This document shows, piece after piece, positions 8,543-17,874 of a DNA stretch of 64,000 nt (within the stretch, counting starts at the first letter, position 1; each line of letters starts with the position of its first letter). Below the pieces are notes generated by a model that saw only the letters and a program-made list of their open reading frames with translations, had not been told where the DNA came from and made no database searches. Where the stretch lies: NCBI GenBank assembly GCA_964513375.1, contig CAZEMO010000006.1, positions 7,567-71,566 of the forward strand, read 5' to 3'. Origin of the DNA: an uncultured Bacteriovoracaceae bacterium (lineage in GTDB: Bacteria; Desulfobacterota; Desulfomonilia; UBA1062). The translations under genes were made by a program, and so were the position numbers.

Positions 8543-9859
8543 TTAGAGGTCCAGACAGTATCTTAATGTGGCTGTTGATTCCTTGTCGATATAGTCTATG
8601 CTTCCGTCCACAGGGTTAACCCTGACCTTGATGGGGTCTTTAAGGCTTGTGTAAGTATAGTCAAGAAGAATTCTGTGCTGCGGAAGCAGGAACCAGTTCA
8701 ATGCGGCGCTGAACGCATCAGCCCTTCTGGAAGATACGTTCTCACCGTCCTTGATCCAGTCGGGGTCTCCTACAAAGTGGTCTGTTCTCAGCGCAAGAGC
8801 GAAGGCGCCATATGTCTTGGCTGAAGGCTTGAACGGTTTTGATGGTACGATAATATTCACCACCCCTCCTGCAAGGGATATGGGTTCGCCGGTTATGCAC
8901 CATGCGGCTGCAGCATACCACGAATAGAATATTGCGTTCATTGCACGTGAATTCGCAGGTTTCAGTCCTGTGAATTCCAGATGAGTATATTCACCGGATA
9001 CCGCAAAAGGCCCCATCGCCCATGCGGCTTCCAGTCCGAAACGCTGTCTCAGATCTGCTTCCTGTATTACACCGAACTTTGTATTGGCATTGAGTACGTA
9101 GACATTGAGGCTGGTTCCAACCATTCCGGTGCTCTTGACCTGCAGGTTGATCGTGGATGCATCGATTTTCTTGGTGCTGCCGGATGCGCCTATCTGGAAC
9201 TGTTTGAGGGCATTTATCGAGGTTGCTGCAAACGGTTTTATTACAAGCCTTGCCGTGAGTTCCGGTTCGTCATGGTATGAACCCCTGGATGAACCGTCCT
9301 CTCCGTTGCCGTTGAATACGCCGGCTCCGAAATTGAACATGTCCTTATAAAATCCGCCTGTTGCCATCAATCCCACGTCACGGTGCGGGCTGAGATAATA
9401 GCCCATGGACCTCTCGGCAAAAAGTATCGCACGGTCAGGGGTCTGCCATTCCAGGCTGAAGGGTTCCTTGAACTGGCCTCCCCTAAGTTTAACGGGATTG
9501 CTGACGAGCCAGTCTACATAAACATCTGTCATATGTTTTTCCGCTGAAGATCCGTTGAATTCATATTCTGCATAGTACTGCAGCCAGTTTATCACCTGGC
9601 CGGAAACCCTCAGTCTGGCTTTCTTTATGTCGAAGCGGTTATCCGCCCTGTCTTTCTCTCCGTAGTAATGATACTCGGCCCAGATGGAGCCTCCTATTTT
9701 CAGCATCGGTCCATTCGGATCAGTGCTTCTCAAGTAAAATCCGTCCTTATATCCTGTTTCAACATTAAATGTGTCGGATGCGAATGCCGGAACTGACGGA
9801 ACCAGAAGTGCAAGGAAAAAGACCGCAAAAACAAACTTAAGTTTTCGATCACGCATCAC
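8543..9859 (-). CDS. OprO/OprP family (oxyanion-selective) porin
   Basis: Signal peptide; FDIKKARLRVSG, GQFKEPFSLE, DVGL...GVFNGNG motifs; GTG start with GAGGAGG SD. Confidence 0.85.
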   Translation of the reverse strand: MMRDRKLKFVFAVFFLALLVPSVPAFASDTFNVETGYKDGFYLRSTDPNGPMLKIGGSIWAEYHYYGEKDRADNRFDIKKARLRVSGQVINWLQYYAEYEFNGSSAEKHMTDVYVDWLVSNPVKLRGGQFKEPFSLEWQTPDRAILFAERSMGYYLSPHRDVGLMATGGFYKDMFNFGAGVFNGNGEDGSSRGSYHDEPELTARLVIKPFAATSINALKQFQIGASGSTKKIDASTINLQVKSTGMVGTSLNVYVLNANTKFGVIQEADLRQRFGLEAAWAMGPFAVSGEYTHLEFTGLKPANSRAMNAIFYSWYAAAAWCITGEPISLAGGVVNIIVPSKPFKPSAKTYGAFALALRTDHFVGDPDWIKDGENVSSRRADAFSAALNWFLLPQHRILLDYTYTSLKDPIKVRVNPVDGSIDYIDKESTATLRYCLDL

Positions 9860-10002
9860 AAAAGCCTCCTCGATAAGTATTTAATATCTTGCCCCATACT
9901 TCTAGGAATATATCGGTAATTTATTATGCCAAACTTTACATATAATTATCGGAAAATGCAGATGAATGAAATTTTTGTGGGAAATATACTGGCTGCTGTT
10001 TT

Positions 10003-11094
10003 TTACCTGTTTTTTATCACATGAACACCGGTGGCCTTGAATGATGCAATCACTTCCCTTCCTTCCTCAAGGGCCAGTTCGGCAGCTGACTGTTCGGTTA
10101 CATAAGCGATCACGGAAAAACCGCAGTCAATTTCGACTTTGAGGTAAAAGCTCTTTGGGACTATATGGGTTATTACGCCTGGAAACACGTTTCTTGCGCT
10201 GGTACTGAGATCCTTTGAAGTCGATACGGTTATATTTTCCGGCCTTATTCCCAGCAGCACTCTTTCTCCCGGCTCTGCCCGGCCGATGGCAGTAATCTGC
10301 ATGCCAGCTGCTTCTGTTACGATTATGCTGTTTTCTGATGATTTCACTACGCCTTCTATCAGGGTTTCCATACCCATGAAGGATGCTATGAATTCGTTTT
10401 CAGGATGGTTCATAACATCTGCGGGGAGGCCTTTCTGAACGATCTGTCCTTTGTCCATTACTGCGATTTCCGTTGACAGCCTTAATGCCTCATCCTGGTC
10501 ATGTGTTACCATAACAGCGGTTGCACCAGTCTCCTTTAATACTCTTCCGAAATCATCAATCAGTGCATCTCTGGTAGGCTTGTCAAGCGCTGAAAAAGGT
10601 TCATCCATGAATATTATGTCCGGCATGACTGCAAATGCGCGGGCCAGACTGACCCTTTGAGCTTCTCCGCCCGATAGAGTTCTGGCCGAGCGCTTCAGAA
10701 GATGGGTGATGCCGAAACGGTCAGCCTGAAGAGCGACCATTTCATTTATATCCTTCCGGGAAGCTCTTCTGAACCTGAGTCCTGATGAAATGTTTGCGGA
10801 AACGCTTGTGTCAAATAGAAGCGCCTCCTGAAAGATGCAGGCTGTCGAACGCCTGTAGTCAAGCATGTCGCCGTTGTGGGACACTTTCTCTCCCCTGAAA
10901 AGAATCGTACCTGAAGAAGGTTTGAGCAGACCTGCAACGGCAAGCAGCAGGCTTGATTTGCCCGCACCGTTGGGGCCTATGAGTGTCAGATGGGACCCCT
11001 TTGCTATGTCAAGTCCGCTGACATTGACAACCTCAACCCCGCCGCGGGCGACTCTGAAATCCTTTATTGAAAGTATTGGTGTCTGATTACTCAT
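10003..11094 (-). CDS. tupC: Tungstate ABC transporter ATP-binding subunit with C-terminal TOBE domain
   Basis: Walker A GPNGAGKS, LSGGEAQR, DEPFSALD, TOBE-type SARNVF...FKATGVHV. Confidence 0.9.
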   Translation of the reverse strand: MSNQTPILSIKDFRVARGGVEVVNVSGLDIAKGSHLTLIGPNGAGKSSLLLAVAGLLKPSSGTILFRGEKVSHNGDMLDYRRSTACIFQEALLFDTSVSANISSGLRFRRASRKDINEMVALQADRFGITHLLKRSARTLSGGEAQRVSLARAFAVMPDIIFMDEPFSALDKPTRDALIDDFGRVLKETGATAVMVTHDQDEALRLSTEIAVMDKGQIVQKGLPADVMNHPENEFIASFMGMETLIEGVVKSSENSIIVTEAAGMQITAIGRAEPGERVLLGIRPENITVSTSKDLSTSARNVFPGVITHIVPKSFYLKVEIDCGFSVIAYVTEQSAAELALEEGREVIASFKATGVHVIKNR

Positions 11095-11789
11095 CTCGGC
11101 CTTTTCCTCTGCTGTATAAGCGTAAGCCCGAGGTTGATCAGGAATGTCAGCAGAAGCAGGATAACGCCCAGGGCTATCGCTATATCAAAATTTCCTTTTC
11201 CTGTTTCCATGACAGTGGCTGTTGTAAGCACCCGCGTATAGCCCTTGATGTTGCCGCCGACCATTATCGAGGCCCCGACCTCGGAAATAACTCCTCCGAA
11301 GCCTGCCATGATGGCTGCCATTAAAGGCAGTCTGGCTTCCTTTGCAAGTATCCACAGCATCTGCGCCCGGGTTGCCCCGAGCCCAAGTATTTGAAGGCGC
11401 ATCTTCTCGGGCAGGTTCTGGATGGCGGCTATGGAAAGTCCCATGATTATCGGTGTGGCTATTACGGCCTGCGCTATAATTATCGCTGAGGGCGTGTAAA
11501 GGAGCCCGAGACTTCCGAGCGGGCCGTTTCTCCATAAAAATATGGTTACGAAAAGGCCGACAACAACAGGGGGCAGTCCCATTCCTGTGTTGATTGTACT
11601 GATTATGAGCTGTCTGCCGGGAAAATTATTCAAGCCTATCAGCATCCCGAAGCCTATGCCCAGGAGAAGGCTTATCAAGGTAGCAAGACCGGATACTTTC
11701 AGCGTAAGAAGGGTGATCCCTATTACCTCAGGGTCAAAAGAAAAAAGCAGGACAATAGCCTGCCAGATGCCTCTTATGATTAAATCCAT
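11091..11789 (-). CDS. tupB: Tungstate ABC transporter permease
   Basis: MGLPPVVVGL and EVGASIMVGGNIKGYTRVLTTA motifs. Confidence 0.93.
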   Translation of the reverse strand: MDLIIRGIWQAIVLLFSFDPEVIGITLLTLKVSGLATLISLLLGIGFGMLIGLNNFPGRQLIISTINTGMGLPPVVVGLFVTIFLWRNGPLGSLGLLYTPSAIIIAQAVIATPIIMGLSIAAIQNLPEKMRLQILGLGATRAQMLWILAKEARLPLMAAIMAGFGGVISEVGASIMVGGNIKGYTRVLTTATVMETGKGNFDIAIALGVILLLLTFLINLGLTLIQQRKRPR

Positions 11790-11802
11790 AGAATGGATAT
11801 AA

Positions 11803-11864
11803 GGGCCTTCCTTGTCCAGGGGAAGGCCCGCTCAACCGGAATTAGGAGAGGTTGCCGGATTGAG
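11803..11864. other. Two adjacent stem-loops between tupA and tupB (likely mRNA stabilisers)
   Basis: GGGCCTTCC...GGAAGGCCC (11803-11829) and CTCAACCGG...CCGGATTGAG (11831-11864). Confidence 0.5.
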
Positions 11865-11883
11865 TTCAAAATATTAATTCTTT

Positions 11884-12720
11884 CTATTCGGGTTTGCCTG
11901 CATCAGGGAAGAAAAGCGGCGAACCATATTTTGTCACGCCGAACTTGCCGATCTCATCCTGGGTCTTCTTTGAGACCATGAAATCAGAAAATGCCTTGGC
12001 GCCTTCAGCATTAACCTTGGGGAACTTTGCCGGATTGACCTCTATCACATGGTAAATATTTAGCAGCCCCTTGTCACCCTCGCAGAGTATGACCAGTCCG
12101 AGATTTTTCTTCAGAGAGAGATATGTGCCTCTGTCAGTAATGGTGTAGCCGTTCTTTTCGGCTGCGACGTTGAGTGTCTGTCCCATGCCGAGGCCTGTCT
12201 GCTGATACCATTTCTGTCCTTCAGGGTTAATATCTGCCGCTTTCCACAGGTTTTTTTCCTTTGCATGCGTTCCTGAATTGTCGCCTCGAGAGAGGAAGAG
12301 CGATCCGCTGTCAGCGATCTGCTTCATGGCATCCTTTGCCGTTTTTGCAGATTTTACCTTCGCCGGGTCTGCTGCAGGGCCTACTATAACGAAGTCGTTG
12401 TGCATTATGAGTTTGCGGTTTATGCCGTTTCCTGCATCTACGAATTTCTTTTCTGCATCAGGGGAATGTACCAGCAGTACATCCGCCTCACCCCTTTCTC
12501 CCATAGCCATTGCCTGACCTGAACCGACGGCAATTGTCTTGACGAAGTAGCCGGTCTGTTTTTCGAATATGGGAAGGAGATCATCCAGAAGACCCGTGTC
12601 CTGTGTGCTGGTTGTCGTGGCTAGGATGACAGTCTTGTTGGCCGGTGCGGCCTGTGATGGAGCGGCAAGCATCAGTGCGGTGATAAGTGCAATGAATACA
12701 GTCAGAAATTGTTTTTTCAT
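11884..12720 (-). CDS. tupA: Tungstate-binding periplasmic protein
   Basis: Signature LATTTSTQDTGLL, GSGQA...GEADV, SRGDNSGTH; likely start ATG 12720 (MKKQFL...). Confidence 0.95.
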   Translation of the reverse strand: MKKQFLTVFIALITALMLAAPSQAAPANKTVILATTTSTQDTGLLDDLLPIFEKQTGYFVKTIAVGSGQAMAMGERGEADVLLVHSPDAEKKFVDAGNGINRKLIMHNDFVIVGPAADPAKVKSAKTAKDAMKQIADSGSLFLSRGDNSGTHAKEKNLWKAADINPEGQKWYQQTGLGMGQTLNVAAEKNGYTITDRGTYLSLKKNLGLVILCEGDKGLLNIYHVIEVNPAKFPKVNAEGAKAFSDFMVSKKTQDEIGKFGVTKYGSPLFFPDAGKPE

Positions 12721-12736
12721 AATATTGGTCTCCTTT

Positions 12737-13654
12737 TTATTTTTCAGGCCACATGAGCATACCGGAACATTTGAAATCGTAATGTCCGAATGCGCCAGCC
12801 TGGTTTTTGAATTCATCAGACCTTAAAACCGTTATCAGTGCCTGAACCTGGCGTTTAAAGAAATTGTCCCTGGCAAGCACCATGTCGAACCTTTCAGTTG
12901 AAAGCGGAATAAAATCAAGTCCCAGCATGGAAGCGACTGAACCTGTTGCAATACCAGCATCTGCTTTACCCGATAACACGGCGAGGCCGACTTCAAGATG
13001 AGTAAAAACCATATTGTCGTAGCCGGTTATTGATGAGGATTCAATGCTGACCTTTTCAATAAGGTCATCAAGCAGAAGCCTTGTCCCTGAACCTGCCTGA
13101 CGGTTTATTATCCTGATCTTTTTTTTGCTGAAGTCATCTATGGTTTTTATATGCTTGGGATTTCCGGCGGATGTTATAATGCCTGTCTCCCGTGTAAACA
13201 TGTTCAGAACTACTGCATCAAGACCTGGAGCTAACCTGGGAATAAAAGGGATATTATATTGTCCGCTTTCCTTATCGAACAGATGTGACCATGCAATATC
13301 GACCAGGCCTTTCCCCAGAGCAGTGAGTCCCTGAGAACTCCCGGTGTTGGCAGAGAATATGAATATGTCAGGGTATAATAATCTGAGCTTAGAAAGCAGA
13401 AGATCGAGAACCGGATCGTTGCTGCCTGCGGCAAGAAGAGCTCCCGGAACGCGGGCGGCCTTTTCCTTCGCCTGATGTATCCCGGCTCTGGCGTTTTCTT
13501 CGATCCATGAATCGATCATGTGCTTCGGGAAAATCCATTTTCCTGTAGCCTTGGTGCAGGGAAGCTTCCCTTCCTTTATAAGGGCGTAAACCTGTTTTTC
13601 GTGTATTTCGAGATAGGAAGCGACCTCTTTTGTGTTCATCATTTCTTTTGACAT
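12737..13654 (-). CDS. Excisionase-like HTH (HTH_17) plus PBP-like molybdate/tungstate-binding domain regulator, TaoR-like
   Basis: MNTKEVASYL...VYALIKEGKLPC...GKWIFPK; AGSND, GSSQGL, NRQAGSGTR; directly upstream of tupABC. Confidence 0.85.
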   Translation of the reverse strand: MSKEMMNTKEVASYLEIHEKQVYALIKEGKLPCTKATGKWIFPKHMIDSWIEENARAGIHQAKEKAARVPGALLAAGSNDPVLDLLLSKLRLLYPDIFIFSANTGSSQGLTALGKGLVDIAWSHLFDKESGQYNIPFIPRLAPGLDAVVLNMFTRETGIITSAGNPKHIKTIDDFSKKKIRIINRQAGSGTRLLLDDLIEKVSIESSSITGYDNMVFTHLEVGLAVLSGKADAGIATGSVASMLGLDFIPLSTERFDMVLARDNFFKRQVQALITVLRSDEFKNQAGAFGHYDFKCSGMLMWPEK

Positions 13655-13755
13655 GACTGGTTTCCAATAAAACGAAATCTCTATGGTGTCCAGAAAAATG
13701 GTACTTATGTTAACTCATATTTACTTCTATAGGTTCATATAGGAATATTTAGGGT

Positions 13756-14730
13756 TTAAAGCTTAAGCCTGTTCCTTCGTTCTGATTCGTTTAGAAAGCA
13801 GCCTTCGATACATTTCGGTGTGCAATGACCGTTGCACGGCTCGACATGGATTGTAACGCTTGTGTCGGGAAAGTGTTCGGAAATGTGCATAGTAAGGTCA
13901 TCGGTAATATCATGTGAGGCTTCCACCGTCATGTATGAATCGACCATGAGATGAAATTCCACAAACCTGAAATGACCGGCCTTTCTGGTTCGCAGCTGGT
14001 GGAGCCCTAGGACTTGCGGTCTATGAATAATTGCCAGCTCATGAATCCAGTTTGTCTCTGAAGCGGGGAGTCCTACATCCAGAAGGTCCTTTGCAGATTC
14101 CTTGGTGAGCTGGAATGCGGCTTTTATTATCATGAGCGCGACAACCAGAGCCGCAACAGGGTCAACCCAGTGGAGGTTGAAGGGGAGTTTCAGCATATCA
14201 TCGATGAATAAAGCCGACATTCCAATCATGACCCCGCCGGATGTATAAACATCTGTCCTTAAATGCCAGGCATCAGCCATCAGGGCCACGGAGTCAGTTT
14301 CCTTTCCGACCTTGAAGAGCTTTTGCGAAACAAAAATATTCACAACGACCGATACGAACATTACGAGAACACCCATGCCGGTTTTGTCGACTCCTGTCGG
14401 GTTCATGAGTTTATGGATTGCCTCGTAAATGATCCAGGCTGCAGCAAGAAAGATGAGGATGGCTTCAATAGTACCTGATATGTTCTCAATTTTGCCGTGA
14501 CCCCAGGGATGTTGTCTGTCGGCAGGGATTCCCGATGTTCGTACAGAGAACAATGCAATCACTGCCGCAAGAAGGTCAACTCCTGAGTGTATCGCCTCGG
14601 ATATGATCGATACTGATCCGATCATAATGCCGACGATGAGCTTTAAAAGAACAAGGATCGAGTTCGATGCAACAGATAGAGCGGCAACCCTTGTTTTTTT
14701 TATGTAATTATCAGAATTTCTGGAAGACAT
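13756..14730 (-). CDS. Cation diffusion facilitator (FieF-like) with Cys-rich tail
   Basis: SEAIHSGVD, HPWGHGKIE, DAWHLRTD, HVEP motifs. Confidence 0.92.
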   Translation of the reverse strand: MSSRNSDNYIKKTRVAALSVASNSILVLLKLIVGIMIGSVSIISEAIHSGVDLLAAVIALFSVRTSGIPADRQHPWGHGKIENISGTIEAILIFLAAAWIIYEAIHKLMNPTGVDKTGMGVLVMFVSVVVNIFVSQKLFKVGKETDSVALMADAWHLRTDVYTSGGVMIGMSALFIDDMLKLPFNLHWVDPVAALVVALMIIKAAFQLTKESAKDLLDVGLPASETNWIHELAIIHRPQVLGLHQLRTRKAGHFRFVEFHLMVDSYMTVEASHDITDDLTMHISEHFPDTSVTIHVEPCNGHCTPKCIEGCFLNESERRNRLKL

Positions 14731-14883
14731 GATAACATCCCGGTTAATTATATTTTTACATAGATTCTACTGTTGTGAGAGTAATTACATACATAAAAAG
14801 TTTTGACAATACAGCAATCAGGAACTCCTTATTAAAATAGCAGGAGTTATAATATAAATAACCTTCTTGGGTATCTTTTATGC

Positions 14884-15090
14884 TTACTCAGGAAGGATTT
14901 TCCTGATACGTTCCAGCAGTCCGATTACAATCTTATCACGCTCTTTCAGGAGATCTTTAAACTCATACGTACGTGCATGATGAAGCTCGACTCTCGTTGC
15001 AACTTCTTCTTTTTTCAACAGCATGCTGATAAGGCCAAGTTCTTCTTTACTGACTTCAAGATTTAACATGGTTTCCTCCTTATCAAACAA
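14884..15090 (-). CDS. Small hypothetical protein
   Basis: 68 aa ORF; probable start at MLNLEV preceded by AAGGAGG. Confidence 0.6.
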   Translation of the reverse strand: MFDKEETMLNLEVSKEELGLISMLLKKEEVATRVELHHARTYEFKDLLKERDKIVIGLLERIRKILPE

Positions 15091-15114
15091 GTTTATGTAT
15101 CTGTTTCCTTCCTG

Positions 15115-16017
15115 CTATTCTTCTATCACGCTTCTGGTTTCAAGCATAAAGTCATAGAATTTTTTCATCATTGACATAAACTTGCGCTTTTTATTGTAAA
15201 CAATGAAAAACTCTCTATGCGAATCGATGCCTTTAACGGTAAGCGCCGACAGAGATCCTTCTTTGACCTCTCTGTTGACTACGCTTCTTGACAGGATGGC
15301 AACACCCAGATTGGCTTCCACCGAGGCCTTGATAGCTTCGGTACTGGTCAGTTCCATGGCAATCTTGACTTCGATATTATATTTCCTGCTCATGTAGTCT
15401 ATAATGTCTCTTGTTCCAGAACCTTCCTCTCTGGCGATAACCTCGACAGGTTCTTCTTTAATCTTCTCAATGCTCAGGTAGGGAAGCTTTGCCCATTTGT
15501 GTTTGTTTGAACAGATTATTACCAGCTCATCCTTCATGAAAAATTCAGATTTAAGGTCAGGATGCTTAGGTATCATCTGCACAAATGCAAAGTCAATTTC
15601 GCCTGAAAGCACCTGATCTGTTGCTTCCTGCCTGTTTAATGAATGCAGGGATATTTCGGCTTTCGGGAAAAGTTCTTTGAACTTTCCCAGGAAACGAGGA
15701 AGTATGTAGATGCCTATTGTGTTCGGGGCGCCAATAATTATCTTTCCTTTATCACCGGTTCCGAACTCACTCATTACAGCTTTGGTTTCCTCAATAAGAG
15801 AAATTATTCTCCCCGAGTATTCATAAAAAACCTGCCCTGCATCAGTCAGCGATATTTTCCTGCTTATTCTGTCAAACAGTCTTACATTAAGGGAATCTTC
15901 AAGATCCTTTATCTGGATACTTACCGAAGGCTGCGAAAGATGAAGTTTTTTTGCCGTTTTTGTAATGCTCAGAGTTTGAGCAGCTATATAAAAAATTCTT
16001 ACCTGATGAATATTCAT
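15115..16017 (-). CDS. LysR family transcriptional regulator
   Basis: SITKTAKKLHLSQPSVSIQIKDLE...LFDR HTH; REEGSGTR. Confidence 0.95.
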   Translation of the reverse strand: MNIHQVRIFYIAAQTLSITKTAKKLHLSQPSVSIQIKDLEDSLNVRLFDRISRKISLTDAGQVFYEYSGRIISLIEETKAVMSEFGTGDKGKIIIGAPNTIGIYILPRFLGKFKELFPKAEISLHSLNRQEATDQVLSGEIDFAFVQMIPKHPDLKSEFFMKDELVIICSNKHKWAKLPYLSIEKIKEEPVEVIAREEGSGTRDIIDYMSRKYNIEVKIAMELTSTEAIKASVEANLGVAILSRSVVNREVKEGSLSALTVKGIDSHREFFIVYNKKRKFMSMMKKFYDFMLETRSVIEE

Positions 16018-16115
16018 TTTGCCTCCATTCGGGGACCGTTATATTTAATTTTGTTTAATATTGTCATTGGATAAATATATTTGACATATGTTTAATTATC
16101 CTTATATATGGTTAT

Positions 16116-16195
16116 AAGCTATAGCACAAGTCTATGGGCTATAGACCTCCTTTTTTAGGCCCACTACCACCTTATTGAGTGGGCCTCTTTTTTTT
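16116..16195 (+). ncRNA. Candidate ~80 nt sRNA or leader RNA
   Basis: TTGACA at 16081 with TATATA/TATATG near 16103-16110; hairpin GTCTAT/ATAGAC; ACCTCCT at 16145-16151; terminator AGGCCCACT/AGTGGGCCT plus T8. Confidence 0.45.
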
Positions 16196-16204
16196 GCTAT
16201 TTAG

Positions 16205-16912
16205 ATGATAATGAAAAAAGATGAAGGATTCAATAAACCGTTCGAAATTCTCAAAAATGTGACAACTGTCAAGAGTGAACCGGAACAGAAAAAAACGAAA
16301 AAACCTGATGATAAACCTCAAGTACCAGCTAAACTATCTGATGAAGAAGTTTTTAATGAGGCAATGGCTGGCACGAAGCGTTTTAAGCAGAACAGAATCG
16401 CACCCGGGCCTGCAGATAAGATGGTACATCTGGACAAAATAAACAAATCAATAAATTCTGATAATGACGAAGTGATGAATATTCTGAAGGCTCTTGTAAA
16501 CAGCGGTACGAGGTTTGATATCAGGCAGACAGGCGAATATGTAGAAGGGCATATCATAACCCTGGAGCCTTTAATAATCGAGAAGTTAAAAAAAGGGGAA
16601 CTGGCTGTACAAGCTTACCTGGACCTGCATGGTTTTATGTCAGAAGAAGCAAAAGAGAAGGTCTCCCTTTTTATCAGAAACAGTTATTCAATGGGATACC
16701 GGTGCATTATGATTATTCATGGCCGGGGTCTTAAATCTCATGAAGGCCCTGTTCTAAAAAATCATGTCATCAACTGGCTGTCTTCAGGTCCCTTGTCCGG
16801 ATTTGTTCTGGCATTTTGTTCAGCCAGACTTTGCGACGGCGGAACGGGAGCTGTCTATGTGCTTTTGAAAGCAAGGCCTGATAAGAAAAAGAGGATAAAA
16901 AGAACGGCATAA
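16205..16912 (+). CDS. Smr/MutS2 domain protein
   Basis: LDLHG, IIHGRG, DGGTGAVYVLL. Confidence 0.92.
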   Translation: MIMKKDEGFNKPFEILKNVTTVKSEPEQKKTKKPDDKPQVPAKLSDEEVFNEAMAGTKRFKQNRIAPGPADKMVHLDKINKSINSDNDEVMNILKALVNSGTRFDIRQTGEYVEGHIITLEPLIIEKLKKGELAVQAYLDLHGFMSEEAKEKVSLFIRNSYSMGYRCIMIIHGRGLKSHEGPVLKNHVINWLSSGPLSGFVLAFCSARLCDGGTGAVYVLLKARPDKKKRIKRTA

Positions 16913-16935
16913 ATATATGCTCAAGTAAGCTCTGT

Positions 16936-17856
16936 TCATCTTTGAATAATATCACCCATCTGGTAAAAAATTTCGCTAAGGGCGGTTTTCATATTGATAC
17001 TGCTGTCCCTCATTGACCTTATTTCATTAAGTTTTTTTGAAATGTTGTCAAAGAAATAACAATCCATATTGTTTAGAGAAATTTTAAGGATTTCTTCGTT
17101 GATGACATTTCGGCTTCCGAGATTAGCAACCATAAAATCCCTTATGAAAGATTCAATTATGGAAAGTGCAATCAATATATCACCGTTTTTTTTTGCGATA
17201 GATTCCGCAGCGCTGAAAGGGTCACTGCCGTTCAGAATACTTAACACTTTGTTTCTTATAAAAGAGACATATTCCACATCGCTGTCAATCAGGCCTCCAA
17301 TAGCGCCGGAAGTCAGTTTCAGGATATCAGGGTCAATATTACTCTCTGAATTATCAAGTGCTATCGGTTTGAATGTGATCTCCTGACATCTTGAGATAAT
17401 TGTCGGCAGCAGCAAACCTGGTTTATGGCTGATTAGAATGAATATTGTGGTACCGGGAGGTTCCTCGAGAGATTTTAAAAGCAAGTTCGCGCTGGACTTG
17501 TTAAGCAGCTCGGCAGGCTCGATAACAACAACCCTGTATCTTGCAAGAAAAGGCTTCAAGCCAAGCTCGTTCAATACGTTACGAACAGGTTCAACCCTTA
17601 TTTCAGAACCATCCGGATTAATCTTAATGAAATCAGGATGATTCCCGCTGGCTGCTTTTATGCAGCTGCCGCACTTGTCGCATGGCTCGACAGGTGTGGT
17701 GGTGCAATTAAGAGCTTTAAAAAATTCAAGAGCCACCATGCTTTTCCCGATCCCTTTTATACCTGAAAATAGAATAGTCCTGGGGATCTTGTCTGTATTA
17801 ATATAAGATTTGATAAGGTCTATTTCACCCTGATGACTTATAATATCTTTCCACAT
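16936..17856 (-). CDS. holB: DNA polymerase III subunit delta'
   Basis: PCDKCGSC...HPD zinc module, ANLLLKSLEEPP, LLPTIISRC. Confidence 0.9.
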   Translation of the reverse strand: MWKDIISHQGEIDLIKSYINTDKIPRTILFSGIKGIGKSMVALEFFKALNCTTTPVEPCDKCGSCIKAASGNHPDFIKINPDGSEIRVEPVRNVLNELGLKPFLARYRVVVIEPAELLNKSSANLLLKSLEEPPGTTIFILISHKPGLLLPTIISRCQEITFKPIALDNSESNIDPDILKLTSGAIGGLIDSDVEYVSFIRNKVLSILNGSDPFSAAESIAKKNGDILIALSIIESFIRDFMVANLGSRNVINEEILKISLNNMDCYFFDNISKKLNEIRSMRDSSINMKTALSEIFYQMGDIIQR

Positions 17857-17874
17857 AGTTATATTTATTAAGAG

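Noticed and set aside
9920-9945. Sigma-54 promoter before the porin (minus-strand TTGGCATAATAAATTAC)
   Set aside because: The -24 GG is present but the -12 TTGC is not.
11790-11883. Moco/Wco riboswitch in the tup operon
   Set aside because: The hairpins lie between tupA and tupB, not in a leader, and I cannot match them to the Moco motif; an Rfam search would settle it.
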